Assembly (NCBI RefSeq): GCF_006345805.1
Contig: NC_043025.1
Span: 10,354,001-10,418,000, forward strand
Length of the DNA: 64,000 nucleotides
Direction of reading: 5' to 3'
Source: Octopus sinensis
Taxonomy: Eukaryota
Shown: positions 57,531 to 64,000 of the stretch, in pieces
Layout: every line of letters begins with the position of its first letter
Numbering within the stretch: position 1 is the stretch's first letter
The notes under the pieces: generated by a model
The model's input: only the letters and a program-made list of their open reading frames with translations
What the model was told of the DNA's origin: nothing
Database searches by the model: none
Program-made: the position numbers and the translations under genes

Positions 57531-58232
57531 GTAAGTGGATTTATGACATCCAGGTAGGTAGCTAGGGATGACTTGTTTTACTGTAGGTTTTCTTTCCCAT
57601 GTTAGTATGGGACAGAGGTAAATGTTGGTGGAATTCTGGTTTAACCCTTTCGTTACCAAACCGGCTCTGGCTCTGAGTACAAATGTCTTGTTTTCATAAG
57701 TTTGGGATTAAAATCTTCCACCAAACAATTTATGTTCCTAACACTAGTTTAATGATAACTAAGTTATTTTACTAAATTCTTTGTTATATTTAAAGTAATT
57801 GAAAGAAACACAGAGCATCACAACAGAAATATGGTAACAAAAGGGTTCAAGTCACCATGATATTTTTAACCCTTTTGATACCAACCTGGTTGAAACCACC
57901 TCTGGTTCTGTAATACAAATGTCTTGTTTTCAAAAGTTTTGAATTAAAATCTTCCACCAAACCTTAGTCACAATTTATGTTCCTAACACTAGCTGAATGA
58001 TAACTAAGTTATTTTACTTAATTCTTTGTTATATTTAAAATTAATTGAAAGAAACACAGAGCATCGCAAAATAAATACAGTAACGAAAGGGTTAAGCACC
58101 TCAAAATTCCTTTTTTTTAAAAATTGTTTGGAATTTAAAAAAAATTTTTGTGAATTTGTGTTCTACAAATGGGAATTCATATGGTTATGAAAAAATTTTA
58201 TTTTCATCCCGTCTCCTCAAATTGTAAAATTT

Positions 58233-58672
58233 ACTTGTACTTGTTGCGACATTCACCCTGGGCGGGTTGAGTCGACTTCTTCTACCACCCTTGAGGCATC
58301 TCAAACCATGGCAGCCCATGCACGACGGTCCTGTGCCAGTTCACTGGAGATATCGAGCCAGTCATGGTTCCATCGGCGCAGGCTGACCACCTGCGGTCCC
58401 GTGAGCACAGAGAGGTCCACCTTGATTGTTGTAACCCAGGTCTTCAGCTGCCCGCCCGCACGTTTCCTCGAGTCGGGAGAAGGACATCACGGCTCAGTTC
58501 ACCCACTGGACGCCTACATGCATGGCCAAACCACCGCAAGTGCCGTTGCAGAAGGACAGATGGAAGGGGCCGCAGAGATTGGTGGTGGGAACTCGATCCA
58601 CCCGACAGCAGCGAAGAAAGCCCCAGAGGCAGTCATTGTCGAAGACTTCCAGCTTTCGTTGATCGACCATTG
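58233..58672 (-). mobile_element. 5'-truncated RTE LINE with a 13-bp target-site duplication
   Basis: DQRKLEVFDNDCL, RKRAGGQLKTWVTTIKVDL, AQDRRAWAAMV, DSTRPG*; TSD aattgtaaaattt at 58220-58232 and 58673-58685. Confidence 0.85.
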
Positions 58673-60399
58673 AATTGTAAAATTTCCACTCTTTTGAATT
58701 TTTTTCAATCATTTTAAAACATGGACATTTGAATTTTTTACTTAAATCCCAACAATGAACCACCCTTGGGTGCATCGTCATTCCAGTAAATGTGCTTATG
58801 GGGAGAAAATATTGATAAACATTAATACATGTCAGCATGACAAAGAAACGAGGAAGGTATTGGGTGGTCGTGGGATGTGCTAAAGACAACGGTCAAATCG
58901 CCCTTAAATCTTGCAAAGCAATTTTTCTTGTTTTTCATAGTTGTATGATTTCCTGTGTATAGAACACAAACGTGCAAAAATGTTTTGAAAATTTTAAGAA
59001 TGTAAAGACATTATGATGGTTGATATGGGGTGTTTAAACCAGAATTCTACTGAGGTATTTTTTCGCTGTTACGAAACCATGTGTCTTCGAAATAAAGGTC
59101 ACCTTATTTAACCTATCCTGAAAGCAAGAAAACAATAAGTGGACAGTCAAAATAGCTGAAACATCTTTTCAGCATTATTAATAACTAGGCGCAGGAGTGG
59201 CAGTGTGGTAAGTAGCTTGCTAACCAACCACATGGCTCTGGGTTCAGTCCCACTGCGTGGCATCTTGGGCAAGTGTCTTCTGCTATAGCCCCGGGCCGAC
59301 CAATGCCTTGTGAGTGGATTTGGTAGACGGAAACTGAAAGAAGCCCGTCGTATATATGTATATATATATGTGTATGTTTGTGTGTCTGTGTTTGTCCCCC
59401 TAGCATTGCTTGACAACCGATGCTAGTGTGTTTACGTACCCGTTACCTAGCGGTTCGGCAAAAGAGACCGATAGAATAAGTACTGGGCTTACAAAAGAAT
59501 AAGTCCCAGGGTCGAGTTGCTCGATTAAAGGCGGTGCTCCAGCATGGCCGCAGTCAAATGACTGAAACAAGTAAAAGAGTAATACCCATGTTGTCAAAAA
59601 TGCTGGCAGTTTTATCAATGCTAGAAAATGGTGCATCAACAGAATGGGAGAAAGTGTTGATAAAAGTCAGCAATCCAGTAAATATTTGTACATACATACC
59701 TGAAGAATCAGAAATGTTGTTCTGTCTCATTTGAAAATATTGCCTCTGTGTGTGTGTGTGTGTGTTTGTGCTTGCACGCACAAGCACATACACGTATGTT
59801 TAAGGAATTAGGAAGCACTCCGTCGGTTACGACGACGAGGGTTCCGGTTGATCCGAATCAACGGAACAGCCTGCTCGTGAAATTAACGTGTAAGTGGCTG
59901 AGCACTCCACAGACACGTGTACCCTTAACGTAGTTCTCGGGGATATTCAGAGTGACAAGGCCGGCCCTTTGCAATACAGGTACAACAGAAACAGGAAGTA
60001 AGAGTGAGAGAAAGTTGTGGTGAAAGAGTACAGCAGGGATCACCACCATCCCCTGCCAGAGCCTCGTGGAGCTTTAGGTGTTTTCGCTCAATAAACATCA
60101 CAACGCCCGGTCTGGGAATCGAAACCGCGAGTCCGCTGCCCTAACCACTCGGCCATTGCGACTCCACATGTATATGTTTAACTGATAAATAAATACAATT
60201 TACTAAAAAAATTCAGGAGTGGCTGTGTGGTAAGTAGCTTGCTATCCAGCGACGTGGTTCCGGGTTCAGTCCCACAGCGTGGCACCTTGGGCAAGTGTCT
60301 TCTGCTATAGCCTCGGGCTGACCAAAGCTTTGTGACTGGATTTGGTAGACGGAAACTGAAAGAAGCCCGTCGTATATATATATATATTATATATATATA

Positions 60400-60575
60400 G
60401 TTAATCCAAACAAGAAAACACAACAACGCGAGGACGTGGAACAAATATAGTATTATTGGACGCTCAAGAAATGAGGGTTTAATGTTTCGAGCGGAGCTCT
60501 TCGTCGGAAACATAGAAGGAAAGATCCAGAGAAGGGAAGACAGAGGAAAAAAAATCGCCAACGGTACACACGAGG
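60400..60575 (-). mobile_element. Short Penelope-like or retrozyme-like unit inserted in the microsatellite linker of a SINE A
   Basis: 176-bp insert between (TA)n and (TG)n carrying the gacgaagagc..gctcgaaac hammerhead-type motif. Confidence 0.5.
60477..60511 (-). ncRNA. Minimal type I hammerhead ribozyme-like motif (Penelope type), two point changes from the active consensus
   Basis: Minus strand reads GUUU-CCGACGA-A-GAGC-UCC-GCUC-GAAA-CAUU-AAAC: stem I GUUU/AAAC, stem II GAGC/GCUC, GAAA core; U4 is C and the ACGU palindrome is ACAU. Confidence 0.6.
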
Positions 60576-61407
60576 TGTGTGTGTATGTTTGTGTGTCTGT
60601 GTTAGTCCCCCCCAACATCGCTTGACAACCGATGCTGGTGTGTTTACGTCCCCGTAACTTAGCGGTTCGGCACAAGAGACCGATAGAATAAGTACTAGGG
60701 GTCGATTTGCTCGACTATAAAGGCGGTGCTCCAGCATGGCCGCAGTCAAATGACTGAAAGAAGTAAAAGAGTAATATAATTAAATAATGGTTATTTCAAC
60801 TTAAGTTGCTTTTCGAACCAACCAACGTCCTAAGGTGAGGTACGATTGTGTGTATGTGTGGTGTCTCCCCTACTACCGCTTGACAACCGTGGATCGGCGA
60901 AAGATACCGATAAAATAAGTACGAGGCTAAGCAACAAAAAAAGAAGTACTGGGGGTCGATTCGGTTGACTAAAATTTCTTCTAAGACAGTGCCCCAACAT
61001 AGCCACAGTGCAATTAGTGAAATAAGTAAAAGATATTACGAATTAAGATTTGGAAGTTAAGGGAGGTAACTCGAAGTACTTTACCGTATAAAAGCGAGGA
61101 AGAAATGCGATGTGATAGAGTTGGCTGAGCACTCCACAGACACGTGTACCCTTAACGTAGTTCTCGGGAATATTCAGCGTGACACAGAGAGTGACAAGAC
61201 CGGACCTTTGAAATACAGGTACAACAGAAACAGGAAGTAAGAGTGAGAGAAAGTTGTGGTGAAAGAGTACAGCAGGGATCACCACCATCCCCTGCCGGAG
61301 CCTCGTGGAGCTTTAGGTGTTTTCGCTCAATAAACACTCACAACGCCCGGTCTGTGAGTCGAAACCGCGAGTCCGCTGCCCTAACCACTGGGCCATTGCG
61401 CCTCCAA

Positions 61408-61981
<574 letters not shown>

Positions 61982-62821
61982 AGTGAAGTTTATTCACTGA
62001 TCACCAAAATTAGAAATATTTAATTTCTAAATATCCTAGAGAGATATAAGCGGTGGTGGAACGATAGAGCAGTTGTATATTGTCAACTTAACAACAGATG
62101 GACATACACACTCGCGTTGGCCCAAGCGCATTTTCTCGAAATGACTACGGCGAAGCTTCGATTGGCAGGCACAATACACAGCATTAAAAATGTTTCCCTA
62201 AGTAACACTTTTCAGATATCCTGCCGTGTCGTGACATCGAACAGTTCCCGGCCGGATCGGCGGAAGATCGAATTTGGTAACGATTTCCTCATTCGTCTCG
62301 GCGAGGTTTATGACCCTCGCTATCGCTCGTACGAGTGCATAATAACATAACAGAAAAAAAAACCCTTAAAAGTTGTAAGCCCAGTACTTATTCTATCGGT
62401 CTCTTTTGCCGAACCGCAAAGTGACGGGGACATAAACACACCAGCATCGGTTGTCAAGCAATGCTAGGGGGACAAACACAGACACACACATATATACATA
62501 TATATACATATATACGACGGGCTTCTTTCAGTTTCGTCTACCAAATCAACTCACAAGGATTTGGTCGGCCTGAGCCTATAGTAGAAGACACTTGCCCAAG
62601 ATGCCACGCAGTGGGACTGAGCCTGGAACCATGTGGTTGGTGATCAAGCTACTTACCACACAGCCACTCCGGCGCCTACTGTAAATTTCGGGCCTTGTGC
62701 CTAGAGTAGAAAATAATGTGTGTGTGATTGCGTGTGCGCATGTATCTGTACTGCATGGCTGTGTCAGTGTGTCCGTCCCGTTGATTTGATCAAAGCCTGC
62801 TTATCTATGCTATAAGGATGA

Positions 62822-64000
62822 CATCTCTGTGTATGTGTGTTCGTTCCGTAGACAAAGCATCGACCGCGCTCTGTGTACGTGTGTTCGTTCTGTTTACATA
62901 GCATCAACCGCGCTCTGTCTGTGTTCGTGTGTTCGTTCCGTCTACATAGCATCAACCGCGCTCTGTGTATGTGTGTTCGTTCCGTCTACATAGCATCAAC
63001 CGCGCTCTGTCTGTGTACGTGTGTTCGTTCCGTCTACATAGCATCAACCGCGCTCTGTCTGTGTACGTGTGTTCGTTCCGTCTACATAGCATCAACCGCG
63101 CTCTGTCTGTGTTCGTGTGTTCGTTCCGTCTACATAGCATCAACCACGCTCTGTGTATGTGTGTTCGTTCCGTCTACATAGCATCAACCGCGCTCTGTCT
63201 GTGTTCGTGTGTTCGTTCCGTCTACATAGCATCAACCGCGCTCTGTGTATGTGTGTTCGTTCCGTCTACATAGCATCAACCTCGCTCTGTCTGTGTACGT
63301 GTGTTCGTTCCGTCTACATAGCATCAACCTCGCTCTGTCTGTGTACGTGTGTTCGTTCCGTTTACATAGCATCAACCTCGCTCTGTGTATGTGTGTTCGT
63401 TCTGTCTGCATAGCATCAACCTCGCTCTGTGTACTTGTGTTCGTTCCGTCTACATAGCATCAACCTCGCTCTGTCTGTGTACGTGTGTTCGTTCCGTTTA
63501 CATAGCATCAACCTCGCTCTGTGTACGTGTGTTCGTTCCGTTTACATAGCATCAACCTCGCTCTGTGTACGTGTGTTCGTTCCGTTTACATAGCATCAAC
63601 CTCGCTCTGTGTACGTGTGTTCGTTCCGTTTACATAGCATCAACCTCGCTCTGTGTACGTGTGTTCGTTCCGTTTACATAGCATCAACCTCGCTCTGTGT
63701 ACGTGTGTTCGTTCCGTTTACATAGCATCAACCTCGCTCTGTGTACGTGTGTTCGTTCCGTTTACATAGCATCAACCTCGCTCTGTGTACGTGTGTTCGT
63801 TCCGTTACATAGCATCAACCTCGCTCTGTGTACTTGTGTTCGTTCCGTCTACATAGCATCAACCTCGCTCTGTGTACGTGTGTTCGTTCCGTAGACATAG
63901 CATCAACCTCGCTCTGTGTACGTGTGTTCGTTCCGTTTACATAGCATCAACCTCGCTCTGTGTACGTGTGTTCGTTCCGTAGACATAGCATCAACCTCGC
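62822..64000. repeat. Minisatellite of 44- and 48-bp units, about 26 copies, truncated by the window end
   Basis: Unit gtgtgttcgttccgt(c/t)tacatagcatcaacc(g/t)cgctct(gtct)gtgtac; periods measured at 63001-63049 (48) and 63601-63645 (44). Confidence 0.97.

Noticed and set aside
62117-62350. 77-aa ORF in the CpG-rich block
   Set aside because: Starts at TTG, is short and has no recognisable domain; kept only as part of the unclassified element noted at 35 and 62 kb
62822-64000. CRISPR-like regular repeats
   Set aside because: No unique spacers and no cas genes in a eukaryotic context; it is a minisatellite

Overview
Eukaryotic, AT-rich, repeat-dense genomic DNA. The tRNA-derived SINE families, very long introns and (TA)n/(CA)n load suggest an octopus or other coleoid cephalopod; this is inference, not a database result. 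The six-frame ORF track is almost all noise from repeats. One protein-coding gene is supported: the splicing factor RBM39/Caper on the + strand. Nine exons (35691-56777) join with GT-AG sites and consistent phases into about 602 aa: RS domain, RRM1, RRM2, an expanded Ala/Gly-rich linker and a UHM domain. I did not find its N-terminal exon(s), which probably lie upstream, so 1-35690 is read as intron. Introns and flanks contain at least five SINE families, RTE and CR1 LINE ends, a rearranged mariner, hAT- and piggyBac-type MITEs, Helitron-like elements, several long fold-back hairpins, and a 44/48-bp minisatellite running off the right edge. Best leads: (1) hammerhead-ribozyme cores inside short (TA)n-embedded Penelope/retrozyme-like units at 16.9 kb and 60.5 kb, with a broken one at 8.9 kb; (2) candidate unannotated poison or alternative exons of RBM39 at 9506, 20231 and 57492; (3) many sense-strand dsRNA structures that are plausible ADAR or circRNA substrates; (4) a frameshifted duplicate of half of the Gly-rich exon that looks like a long-read assembly artefact. 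Repeat family names are pattern-based and boundaries were counted by hand; splice calls outside the nine main exons are unverified.
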